The notes beneath the pieces were generated by a model. The model did not search any database. It worked only from the letters and a program-made list of their open reading frames with translations, and was not told the DNA's origin. From Lama guanicoe (lineage: Eukaryota), in contig MU053431.1 in NCBI GenBank assembly GCA_013239625.1, positions 1,204,485 through 1,266,484 on the forward strand: DNA of 62,000 bases, written 5' to 3'. Positions 36,021 to 47,830 of the stretch are shown one piece after another. The stretch's first letter is position 1; the number at the start of each line of letters is the position of its first letter. The translations under genes were made by a program, and so were the position numbers.

Positions 36021-37279
36021 CAGGGAGACGGATGAGAAACAAGTTTGCCAGATCATTTCAGGAAACGACAAATGGAAGAAAACAGAATGGGGGATGGGAG
36101 AGTGACCAGGGCCACAGCTGTGCTCCTGGCTATGAGTGACTGTGGGGCCAAGACTTGCAGGGCCAAGGGAACAAACCAGGGAAAGATGGGATGGGGCGGG
36201 GAGTCCCAGGATTAGGAAAGTGCACGTGCAAAGGCCCCGGGGCAAGCCCATGCCAGGCGGGTTCTGGGAACAGCTGCACAACTGAGGTCTCAAGGCCTAG
36301 AGCTGCACCGAGGTTCCGTCAACAGCAATGAAAGTAGGCCCCGGAGACCTTCAGGGCAGCCTCCTTCCCCCCCTGCCCCATGGGGTCCACAAAGGCCCAG
36401 CCCCCTGGCGGGCCACCAGGAGTGCCAGGCTCTGACGGGGAAGGCTGCGATCCCGGGCATCCTCTCCTCCCAGTGGCCAGAGCAGTGAGACTAGCTTAGG
36501 TCGAGATTTTAAACGAGCCTGTGACGGAGCGGTGGGAAGTGCAGAAGAGGCGGGGAACGCAGCACAGGCCCCACCGGTTAACAGAACTTGCCTGTGCTCC
36601 TCCTGACTGTGGGCTGCGTCATCATCCACTTAGCAAAGCAGTTAGCAAAGGAGGCACCAAGCTGCACCACCTGAGATGTGTTTTGCTGCGTTTTCTGGAA
36701 GATACAGAGACGTGCTGCGGGCTGCATGCTTTACACACTCCCCCTGCCGCCACCAAAAACGCGGTCATAGACGTCGGGGTCGGAGTTGCCATCAGAAGGC
36801 AGAGCCACGGTCAGAACATGGAGGGTAGCAAGGGCATCTCCAGCCTCCCGGCCCCCATCCATCCCCACCGTCAGCCTGGCGGAGGCAGGGGTTGGGTGCA
36901 GGGGAGGCTCGGGGACAGTGGCGGCCCCGAGAGCTGTCAGGGCTCAGCAGGTCACCTGGGTCTACACCAAGGCCGGCACCGTGGAGGGCCACTTTGAGAC
37001 CAGCCTGCTGTGGTGGGGGGCCCCCAACCCGAAACTCATCTTGAGAGCCTCCCCCTGCCTCCAAAATAGCTCCAGAAGTGGCCGTTTTGGTTCTAAGTAT
37101 CCGAGCACAGGGCTTCTGGCCGTGAGGGTCCCTGCTGGGCGGGGCCAGGAAAACATGAGCCAGGCCAAGGTTTTTCCCTACAAGGATGGAGAAGCAGGCG
37201 CCAGCTCCCAGGCCCACCCTCAGGGGGACCTGAGTGTGGCTCTGAGCTTAATGGCGCAACTCTTGCCCATCACTTGTGC

Positions 37280-37500
37280 TCTGCGTGTGTGCTGTGTGCA
37301 CATGTGTGCATGTGTGTGGACATGTGTGTGGCTGTGGGTCTGGATGTGGCCACACGTCTGCAGTCTGTGCCCTGGTGACGTCTGTTCATATGTTGTGTGC
37401 AGCTGAGTGGCTGCACACGTTCTAAGAGAGAGTGTCGGTGTGTGTTTGGAGCTGTGGTCTGTCCTGGGTGGGGTCCTGGGTGGGGCTGTGGTCTGTCCTG
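37280..37500. repeat. TG-rich low-complexity tract upstream of exon 12
   Basis: Visible TG-rich sequence, including two copies of GCTGTGGTCTGTCCTGGG (37451-37502). Confidence 0.7.
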
Positions 37501-37509
37501 GGAGAGTGA

Positions 37510-38016
<507 letters not shown>

Positions 38017-38179
38017 TGAGGCCGAGACTTCTTCCTGTGCCAGTTTCCGCTTGAGGGGACCCCACCCATCTACTTCCTAAGGGTCCTTTCCTAGACGTGG
38101 ACGTGTTGTGTGAATAAAGGGCGTCCAGGATCTGAGTCCTGGGAGCACACGCCTGGCCCCAGCCCCAACACTGAATATT

Positions 38180-38420
38180 ACTGTTTCGGAAGGCACTTTA
38201 CCAACTCTGAGCCAGAATCAGTTTCCAGTGGCATCTCTTCACTGCCAGTGGGCGTTCTTTCCGTGATCTGTTTTTTGCTTCTGTGAATTACCTGCCTAGT
38301 GTCCTTGCCTGTATTTCTTCGAGGGTTTTGTTTTCGACTGACCTGGTAGAACTCTTCATACGTTAAGGCAATAATTTCTTCATCCTGCGTGTTGCAACTG
38401 CCCCCTTCTTGACTTGCCAT
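38180..38420 (-). mobile_element. Ancient L1M ORF2 3' fragment
   Basis: TTCTGTGAATTACCTGCC...TCCTTGCCTGTATTTCT...GTAGAACTCTTCATACGTTAAGG resembles reverse L1ME ORF2. Confidence 0.5.
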
Positions 38421-38614
38421 CTTTCAACCTCACGGTATGATGCTGTGTGCGTGTGCACGCGCACGCCTGTGCACAAGGGTGTGCGTCCATGCGTGCCTTG
38501 GCCAGACAGACGTGCTGGACGTTCACAGTCAGACTCAGTCCTGTCCTTCGGAAGCCCAGCTAGGAAAGGTGGGCTGGCGGCCCCCTGAGCGAAGCACGCC
38601 CTGTGCCCCACCAG

Positions 38615-38848
38615 GTGACCACGCCCAGCTCAGCCTGCGCATCCTGTACCTGGAGGCGGGGGTGTACGATGTACCCGTCACCGTCACAGACTCCGGGAAC
38701 CCGCCCCTGTCCAACTCGTCCATCATCAAAGTCAAGGTGTGCCCGTGTGACGACAGCGGCGACTGCACCACCGTGGGCGCCGTGGCAGCGGCCGGCCTGG
38801 GCACCGGGGCCATCGTGGCCATCCTCATCTGCATCGTCATCCTGCTGA
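38615..38848 (+). CDS. CDH4: Cadherin-4 exon 13 (EC5 and most of the transmembrane helix)
   Basis: cag|GT GAC; encodes [77 protein letters not shown](T); ends A|gtgagt; 234 nt, phase 1-1. Confidence 0.97.
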   Translation: MTTPSSACASCTWRRGCTMYPSPSQTPGTRPCPTRPSSKSRCARVTTAATAPPWAPWQRPAWAPGPSWPSSSASSSC

Positions 38849-39002
38849 GTGAGTGCGGCCGGCCCTGCACCTGCATCTCCCGGCGGCCCCCCACCCCCGG
38901 CCCACCCAGAACCATTCAGACCGCGACCGGGCTGGTCCACACGATGACAGACACCGGCCCCCGCGGCCACACGAGCACGGCCTCGTGCACTCACATGAGT
39001 GA

Positions 39003-39368
<366 letters not shown>

Positions 39369-39410
39369 TGAGAACGCCTCCTTCCCCACAGCCACCCACC
39401 CGGCCGTGTG

Positions 39411-39460
39411 GGCCGGGGGACGCTCCCACCTGCCGGGGGACATTCCCACCTGCCGGGGGC
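39411..39460 (+). repeat. 20-bp tandem repeat, ~2.5 copies (TGCCGGGGGACRYTCCCACC)
   Basis: Directly visible in intron 14. Confidence 0.8.
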
Positions 39461-39921
39461 TGTCGGGCTCCCAGGAGGGTGGACTTGGAGGAGCTGCCTG
39501 GGTGGTTCTGCGTCCGCCACTGGTCACTGTGCACTCGGAGCAAGTCCTCCTCCCCTTAGAGCTCAGTCACCACCCCCTCCAACGGTGAAGTGGGGCAGCA
39601 GCAGCCCAGGTCCAGCTGTTCCCAGGAACAAACTTGGAACAGGCAGTGGGCCCTGGGGCCGCCTGGGGTCAGGCAGCCCAGGGCACAGACCTCACAGGTG
39701 CCTTGAGGATGAAAGGAGGCCAGGGGAGTGATTCAGGAAGGGCAGTGAGGGGACAGAAGAGGACGGGGGCGCACTCCGGGACCAGGAGACGGAATAGGAC
39801 AGGGCACGTGCTCAGAGCCCAGCCACAGAGCAGGACGAGGATGCGCCCTGAGGCTTTTCTGGTGTCTCTGCTGCCATCCTCGTCCCAACCACCTGCCTGA
39901 CTCTGCGCGGCCCCTCCGCAG

Positions 39922-40086
39922 GACTACGACCTCAGCCAGCTGCAGCAGCCGGAGGCCATGGAGCACGTGCTGAGCAAGGCCCCCGGGGTGCGGCGGGTGG
40001 ACGAGCGGCCCGTGGGCGCCGAGCCCCAGTACCCGGTCAGGCCTGTGGTGCCCCACCCGGGGGACATCGGCGACTTCATCAACGAG
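39922..40086 (+). CDS. CDH4: Cadherin-4 exon 15 (cytoplasmic)
   Basis: cag|GAC; encodes [55 protein letters not shown]; ends GAG|gtgggt; 165 nt, phase 0-0. Confidence 0.98.
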
Positions 40087-41777
40087 GTGGGTGCCGCGGC
40101 AGCGGGAGGCCACACAGACCCCTTTGATAAAAGTGAGAGTGCAGTCACATGCTCCAGGAAGCCCACTTGGCGGGGCACAGAGGCGGGTTCAGAGCTGGGT
40201 CTTTGCAGAGCTGGCCTGTCAAGCCGGCAGCCAGGGGCCAAGCACTCCCCTCAGCATCCCCCTGGGAAGGGACCTCTGCCCCAGCCCCAGGCGCCGCGTC
40301 CCAGGCAGGGCCCACGGCAGGTGCGGAGTAAGAAATCGGAAACGTGAGGCCGCAGCCTCGCAGAATCAGGAAGGGAGGGAGGGCCACCCCGAGGGTGAGG
40401 GCCAGCCGAGGCCGCGGCTGCTGCAGATCAGAGAGGCCTCCCTGGTGTGCACTCCACCCCAATGCCCAGGCAGGCTTGCAAGTTGCTGGCTTCAGGTCCA
40501 GGCTGCCCCCAACACAGGGCACTGGGAATTGCGGGGGGGGTGGGTGTCCTCCGGAGCTGCCACCTGACCACGTGCCTGCAGCACCCGTCCTGATGTTTGG
40601 AGGCCACGTAGCTCAGAGTCCCAGCGAGCAACGTCCCCACCTTTGATCTTCCCCCTTTGCAAGAAAAGCTGGACCTCCTCTGGCAGCTGAGCCTGAGACG
40701 CCCAACCGACACGTCCAAGGGCGTCAGGGGCCTGCCCCCTGCCTGGGCGCCCTCCTTCCTTTGCACTAATGCAGAGGGACAACAGGGACAGGGCGTGTGG
40801 CCGCACCCAAGACTGTCCCCTGTGAGCCGCGTCCCAGGCGGTCAGCACCCCGGGCTTCCCCATCGCTCCCAGAGGCGGCCACGCCCTTGGGGCGTAGGTC
40901 CCCGGGCGCCACCGCTGTTCTCTAAGACGGGCTGTATTTTATGAGGGGTTGTCAACACTTTTGTGTCCACCTATGCCAGAACCTGACCTTAAAAAGATTA
41001 GTTTAAATGGAATAGAACCAGGAAGTGGTTCAGCAGAGATACAGACACGGCTCAGAACAGGCCGCACCCCAGGCCACAGATGGAATTCCTACAGCTGCCC
41101 GAAAGCTGGTTCAGCTTAGACGACACTGACAGTGTAATAAATTCTTAAAAGCCCCAAAACCACGTCCTCCCCAGTCCACGAGGAGAAGCCCACTTCTAAG
41201 TCACTTACAGGAAATCAAAAAGGTAAAGGCCAAACCACTCAGGACCGAATAATGGCCCAGGGCCCCTCCCTGACCAGGGCAGCGTTAGACAGTCACCGCC
41301 ATGGGCACCTGGGCCATTTGCTGGGACCCTGGGCCAGCGAACCCCAGCACAGTCCCATTCACGGTCTCTGGGGGCGCTGCCCTCAGCCAACGGCCACACG
41401 TGAGCCCTTGCGGGCAGAGGACACAGGCCCTGGCCATGGAGGTCCCAGCAGGTGCACCGGAGGAGAGGGGGCCAGGACACGCGGGCGGGTTCCAGCAACA
41501 CCTGCTGCACTGCCAGGCCCTGCTCCTGGGCGTCGCTGTGGCAACAACTCCAGGCCGCGGATGCCTGTCCACGTCAGGGTCTCATTCCACAGGCAGCAGT
41601 CACGAATCAAGAGCCAGCCTCCCGCCGCAGGCCCCGCCCGGCCCTCCGCCCCACAACTCCAGCCCTCCTCCACAGGCCATTGTGCAAACACCACGGCCCT
41701 ACCCAGTTCTCTGGCATGCCTCCCGGTGAGGCACAGGGAGCACTTCCTGAGCGCCTACTGTATGCCAGGCCGTATAG

Positions 41778-42077
<300 letters not shown>

Positions 42078-42112
42078 CCGGCCTCACCGCCCCGATGCGA
42101 GAGAGCAGCGCT

Positions 42113-42135
42113 CGGACGGACGGACGGACGGACGG
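42113..42135 (+). repeat. (CGGA)5+ microsatellite in proximal CDH4 3' UTR
   Basis: CGGACGGACGGACGGACGGACGG seen directly. Confidence 0.9.
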
Positions 42136-43946
42136 GAGGAGCAGGCCTGGAGGCGGCGGCTGGCCCTCCTGGCTCCCGCGGCCGGCCACTTAGCGGCGTG
42201 CTGGGGACCCCCCGCCCCAGCCCCCGACGCTGAGCTGCCTGGCATGAACACTCCTGGCCCCGCGGTCCGCCGCCCACCCCGGTAGCTGACTGAGCACTAC
42301 AGGCGAGCGAGAGGCACTCTGTCTTAACTTGAATTTCTTAGAACAGAAGCACTGTTAAAAAAAAAAAAAGTGCCTTTTGGTACATGTATCAGATTCCCTC
42401 AAACTCAGGAGCGACTAAAAGCAAGAGACAGACCAAGCCCCCGCCGAGTCCTGAGCACCCCCAGCCCCAGCCCGGCCCGGCTCTGAAGGCGCCAGTTAAG
42501 GAACTGGGGAGGATGTGGGGGGTTTCAGTCTATGATCAAGAAAAAAAAGTGGGTGACTCACTTGACAAAACTGGCAAATAGTTTAGGGTCCAAACTCCAC
42601 CAGCCCTTCCGAGTCCTGGCGCTTTGCTGTACACAGTTGGGGGGGGTCTCCTGGGCCCCTTGGGGGTTCCCGAGGCCGGTGGGAGGCGGGAGGCCAGCCT
42701 TCGGCTCCCACAGCAGCAAGTCCCCCTGGGGCGGGCCAAGCCCGTGGACCAAAGTCCCACCATGCAATCTGGCTACACTGAGTTGTCAGCTACCCCGGCT
42801 CCCAGATGCAGGAAATAGCGGGGGCGGGTGGGGTTCCCAGGAGCCATCCGTGCCTGATGCACCCCATCTTGGCCATTCCCAGGGCCCCCTAGTCAATGAT
42901 TAGGCCTCCTCCAGGGCCAACTGTGACCCCAAATACCACCCAGGTCCCCACTGGCTTTGGTCCAAGCGAGTATGGCATCCCAAGAAACCACAACCAAAAC
43001 CAGCCAGCACCCCACCAAACCCCGGCATGAGCCGCCCCCAGACCCGGGCAGACTCCCCAGGGACCCCACCAGAGGCCCAGCGAACACGTGCCAGGCTAGA
43101 CCCCTGAAGGCTCTGGGGCCGTGCGGGCCACGGGGAGAGCAGAGCCTCACTTGGGCTGCAGGAGGCTGGAAACCAGCATGACCAGCGGGAGACCCCAGTG
43201 GCTCTTGCCGCCGCCCTGCCCCTCTGGAGCGGACTTTCTGACGCTCGTGGAGCTTGCTGACGGGGACGGCAGACACCTGCTCCGCATGTCCGGGAGAGCC
43301 TGTCGTGGTGGTGCCGTCTGCCCCCAGGTGTGTCTAGACCGCACCCGCCAGAAACAGTCCCCCTCCCTCTGGACCCGCGGCAGCACCAAGCAGCTGCTGG
43401 CACTCTCAGAGCCAGACGTGCCCTCCCGACGGGCAGTCGGACTCTCAAGCCAGACCCCAGTCAGTGCCGCAGAGCAGACAGCGAAAGGGGCCGTGTCCCA
43501 AGGACCCCCTGGGGAGCCCCCTGCTGCGTTTGTCACTGGGGCAGGAAAGGCCCCGGTGCATCTCTTGCCCCCGCCGTCTCCCAGGGACAGCCGCTCTGGC
43601 TGTGAAGGCGCCTCAGGCCCCAGCCTGAGAAGACACCCTCCTGGGGGAACCCTCGTCTGCTCTCAGGCTCCCCAGGGAGGGGCGTAGGCGGCCCTCGCAG
43701 GACTTGGCGTCAGAGCCCCAGCGCTGACAAGGAGCCCCACCCTGGAGCCCCACCCCGCACCTGCTCCCGGGGTCAGGGGAGGCCTCAGGAGGGCCTGGGG
43801 AGGTGGGGGGTCTGGGGTGCACATGTCCCCTGGTCTCTCCACCTGGGGGTCCTTGATCCACTCCCCAGCCTCCAGCCCACCCCCATTGCCATGGTCATTC
43901 TCTTTTCTAAACAGCTTTGGCCTCGAAGGTGAACTTGAGTGTACCC

Positions 43947-43967
43947 GTGTGTGTGTGTGTGTGTGTG
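43947..43967 (+). repeat. (GT)10 microsatellite in CDH4 3' UTR
   Basis: Seen directly. Confidence 0.9.
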
Positions 43968-45932
43968 ATACGCGTGGTGTGTCCCCCTTGGACGTCAGGG
44001 TTCTCCCCCAAACCAAGCCCATTACTAACTCAGTGCATCCTCCTGGAGCTGAGCCGGAGAGACGAGCTCGGGCACGGGCCTGATGGTGGCCCCAGGTGGG
44101 CTCCATCCATCCTGCCGCCTCCCTGACTGCTGGGGAGGGACGGATGGACAGAGGCGGCAGTCACCCGTGTCATGTGCCGATGCCCCTTCCCGAGGACGGC
44201 ATCTCACAGACTCTCAGACCGTGGGGGTGGCCTGCCGAGGGGAGGGGAGGGGACGCCCCCAGTCCAAAGCCATGCTATGCAAATTGCTCCGGGTCAGGTA
44301 GCCAATGAGGATTGTCCCAGCACCTGGGGGCGTGGCCATTCTCGGGGTGGCTGGCAGTGTCGGGTTTGGTGTGATGTGAGCTGGAATCCTCTGTTTGTGT
44401 TTGGTTTTGGAAAGTCCATCCTCCAGTCGAAGTTCTAAGTGTGGATGTGGGCAGGGGGCCCAGCCAGCTGTGGGCTCTCCCCTCTGACGTCCTGAGGCCT
44501 CCTTGGGTCCCCAGGCCCTGGGCTCACCTCAGGGATGGATGTGCCGAACCTGGTATCCTGAACACCAACCCCACCGACCCCTCGGGCACCAGGAGCCCCT
44601 GCCTCCCTCCAGCCAGAACAGCGGGACGCAGGGATCCGTCTCACCGCCTCCCTCCGGCCTCTCTCCCCTCTCCCGGGGCCTCTCCTCACTGCCAGGCCCC
44701 CGCTGCACTGTGCCCATGTGCCCCAGGCTGAGGCGGCGGCAGCCAGCTGGGGGCAAGTCGACAGGGGGCTTCCCACCCCCATCCCTGCTTCCAGGCAGCT
44801 GGACGGCTGTCCCTTCTCACCCCCATCGCGGGCAGCCCCTGGAGGCCAGAAAAGCACGGGGTGCCCACAGCCTCCCAGATGCATCCCAGAACTCCATCCC
44901 GACCACGAGTGAGCGTCAGCTCAGCGGACAGTCAGTGTCAAATGTCTCTCTCACGTAGCTGGTCGATGCAGTGTGTCCAGACCAGGGGACACGGCTGTGG
45001 AGGCTGACTCAGCACTGGCAAAGTGCTCCAGGGAGTTCCTCTTCAGCTCCTCTAGGGAACTTTTGTCCTTGTGAGCAGGAGAGACGTGTGCTGTTGGGCA
45101 GAGCAGCAAGAACCGCCTGGCCTTGGTCAGCGGGCACCCCCAGCCCGGGGCCCCCGTGCCTGTCGGGGCTCAGCACCCCAGCTCCTGGCCAAGCAGGCCT
45201 TCTCTTCCCTGCGTCTTTCAGAACATCCAAAGTGCTAGGCCTCCCCCTGCCGAAGTGTCAGGGCCAGTCGTCAGGCCCTCAGAGATGCCTCAGGTTCCCT
45301 GGCGGGAGCACCGTGGACACACACGGTCCTCTGAGATGACAACTCCGTTCTCTCCAGGGAAAAGCCAGGGAGGGGAGTCTCGATGTTTGTCAGTGCTGAC
45401 AGGAGCGACACCAGAAAAGCAAGCAAAGTCTCCCACACGCAGCCCATCACGGGGAACAGCCGGCAGCGACGCGGTGCACAAAAGACAGGCCCTGCTCGAA
45501 GCGGCAGGACGGTGGGGACCACCTCTGTGTATAACTGGAACGCGGTTCGCTTTTCCTTTCTCTCCTTTTTCCATTCTGATTTTTTTTTTTTGCATGTTTC
45601 TTTTTGAAAACGGACATGAGCAGCAGCCCGCATGACTGTGGCTGTCCTGGGAAAGATACTGGAGTGTGATGTGTCCACGCTGCACCTCTGAGCGTTGCGC
45701 ACTTACACAAACGTTCCAACTGTTTTGTAATTGTCAACAGCACAACTATTTTGTATTGTTGTTTGTATCATTTTGTACCAAAAAAAAAAAAGGAAAAAAA
45801 AGGGAAGAGCGTCGATGTTTTCAATGTGTTTTTAGTGCCAGGTGGTCTTGGTTCCGAACTGAGTAGCAGGTTTGCGGAGTTGTCGTGTGCTGGAGCGGAG
45901 TCGGGGCACCGGCGCGCTGCTCCGGAGGAGTC

Positions 45933-45938
45933 AATAAA
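45933..45938 (+). terminator. CDH4: CDH4 polyadenylation signal AATAAA
   Basis: AATAAA with four upstream TGTA (CFIm-type) motifs at 45726, 45752, 45764 and 45774, and downstream TTGTTTTT at ~45971. Confidence 0.8.
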
Positions 45939-46044
45939 GTCCCCCTTTTAAACAGTCGGCCTCACCTGCCTTGTTTTTCCAAGGACACCCACGCGCGCAG
46001 GGGCAGTAGACGGTGAACACGGGGTTGGTGCAAGGAGCGGGATC

Positions 46045-46170
46045 TGTTCGCTCAGCAAACGTTTCTTGGGCGCCTGCTGTGCCCCAGGCACTGTTCAGGT
46101 CCCGAGAGCACAGACAGGACCCAAGCCAGGCCCACCCTCACATCTGTGAGGCCCAGGGAGAGTGTGCAAA
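46045..46170 (-). mobile_element. L2 LINE 3' end fragment
   Basis: TTCGCTCAGCAAACGTTTCTTGGGCGCCTGCTGTGCCCCAGGCACTGTTC resembles the L2 3' end. Confidence 0.6.
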
Positions 46171-47439
46171 CAAGGGCCCCCGCGCCATCTGTCTAAATAT
46201 TTCAAAATTCATAGAGGTTGTAAACCCAGCTAACACACGCCGTGTAATCCCCCCCGCCTTGGCAGACACGCCTTCCCAACCGCATGAACAGCTGGTGCCC
46301 CTCTGATTCTCAGTATCCCACCGCCCCCCCAGAGTGGCTCTTCTTTCCGGCGAAAAGGCAGCACCAGCCGAACCGCAGCCCCATCCCCACGCTGGCCGAA
46401 AACCCAGAGACTAGAAGGTCCAGTCCACCAGGCCTGCCGGTCCCCAGAAGCTCGCAGTGCCCAGCCTGGCCATGTGACTCAGTCTACCCTTGACCGCTGG
46501 TCAGAGTCTGAGCGACAGAGGCCCCAGCGATGGCTCACAACATCCCGGCCACCAAGACGCACAGAAACCCCGAGCCCACCTGGGGGACTTGCTGAGGCTA
46601 CTGGGGTCAGAAGCTGAGCAGCGCCCAGCTCACCCCACTGAGACACGAGCCCTGCCCTCAGCCCCAGGCGGAGCCGGGACTTCCCCTCCCACGGAGCCCT
46701 CCCTCCCGGGCCTTCTCTTGGGCTCAAACTCACATCCACCATGACTTACGTAACAAAGAAGTGCTCACGCGGTCAGTCAGCGCAGCTGACCGTCACAGGC
46801 ACAGTCAGCACTTGCTGATTTTAAGGGTGCGAGCGGCTAATTACGCTCCCAATTAGGCAACTGCTGAGGACCTGGGACAGGTGGGGGGCACACGTTCACT
46901 GCAATCAGACCCCCGGGGCAAGGCCCCGGAGGGGGACGATCAGTCTGCTTAAGGTCACTGCCTCAGCTCCCCAGAGGAGGGCTGACTGTCCGCAGGCAGG
47001 GGCCTGGCCTAAATAACCACGAGGCTCAGCGTGGGCCTCTGGGAAGCCAGGCAGCCCCTTTCCTGAGACCCATGGGCCTTCTTCTGGGTCATTTCACCAG
47101 AGAGAGGTCGGTCACCATCCGTCCCCTGCTTGTGGACAGCAGGCCCCGGAGGGGCAGAGTGGTCCGTTCGCGGGTGTGCCCTGGCAAGGCCCCTGGAACT
47201 GGGTGCTCCACCACGGACGCCTGGTACAGCCAGTGGGGTGACGAGGGAGTGGGCAACCGTCCGGGTACACACGAGAGGCCCCGAAGATGCAGTGATACAA
47301 ACCCGCCCTCCATGTGCACAGACATGGGGCAAGCCCCAGGCCACGAATCCGATGCCCACGCTCTGGCAGGAGGCCGGGACCGGACTTACCTGAGGTCTGG
47401 GGGAGGGCCACAGTGCTGAGGAAGTCTCCATGAATCCGG

Positions 47440-47830
47440 AGAGCAGCCTGATCAGACTAGAAAGAGCCAGGCTTGGAGAGTGGACAGGGGAGCAAGGCAG
47501 AGGGAAGGCAAGCCAGTTGCGTGGGTGAAGGCGGGCGGCCAGATGTGGGATGTGAGATGTGGGATGCAGGTGGGGGTGGCCTGGGGGTCAGACTGGCTGC
47601 ACTTGGAGAGCGCAGGGCTCATGGAGGTCCCAGGAGTGGGGAGGACCTGCCCTTGGCTCTGGCCATGTTGTTGGATGCCCGTGGGATGGCAGCTGGATGG
47701 TCTGCAGCTCAGGGTGAGGTCAGCTGGGACAGATTTGGTGTGATCAGGCCACTGTGTAGAGTGGACACTGTGGGAGGGGGCAGCTGCACTGTCCCAGGAG
47801 GGTGTGGCAGGGACATGCAGAGACTCAGGA
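47440..47830 (-). mobile_element. L2 LINE internal fragment
   Basis: GATGTGGGATGTGAG...CAGCTGGATGGTCTG...CAGGGTGAGGTCAGCTGGGACAGATTTGGTGTGATCAG resembles L2. Confidence 0.45.

Larger units (their letters stand above)
42078..45956 (+). other. CDH4: CDH4 3' UTR (~3.9 kb; 3' end approximate)
   Basis: Runs from the stop to the first clear AATAAA I found, which has a U-rich downstream element; AU-rich blocks at ~42310-42390 and ~45560-45860. Confidence 0.75.
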
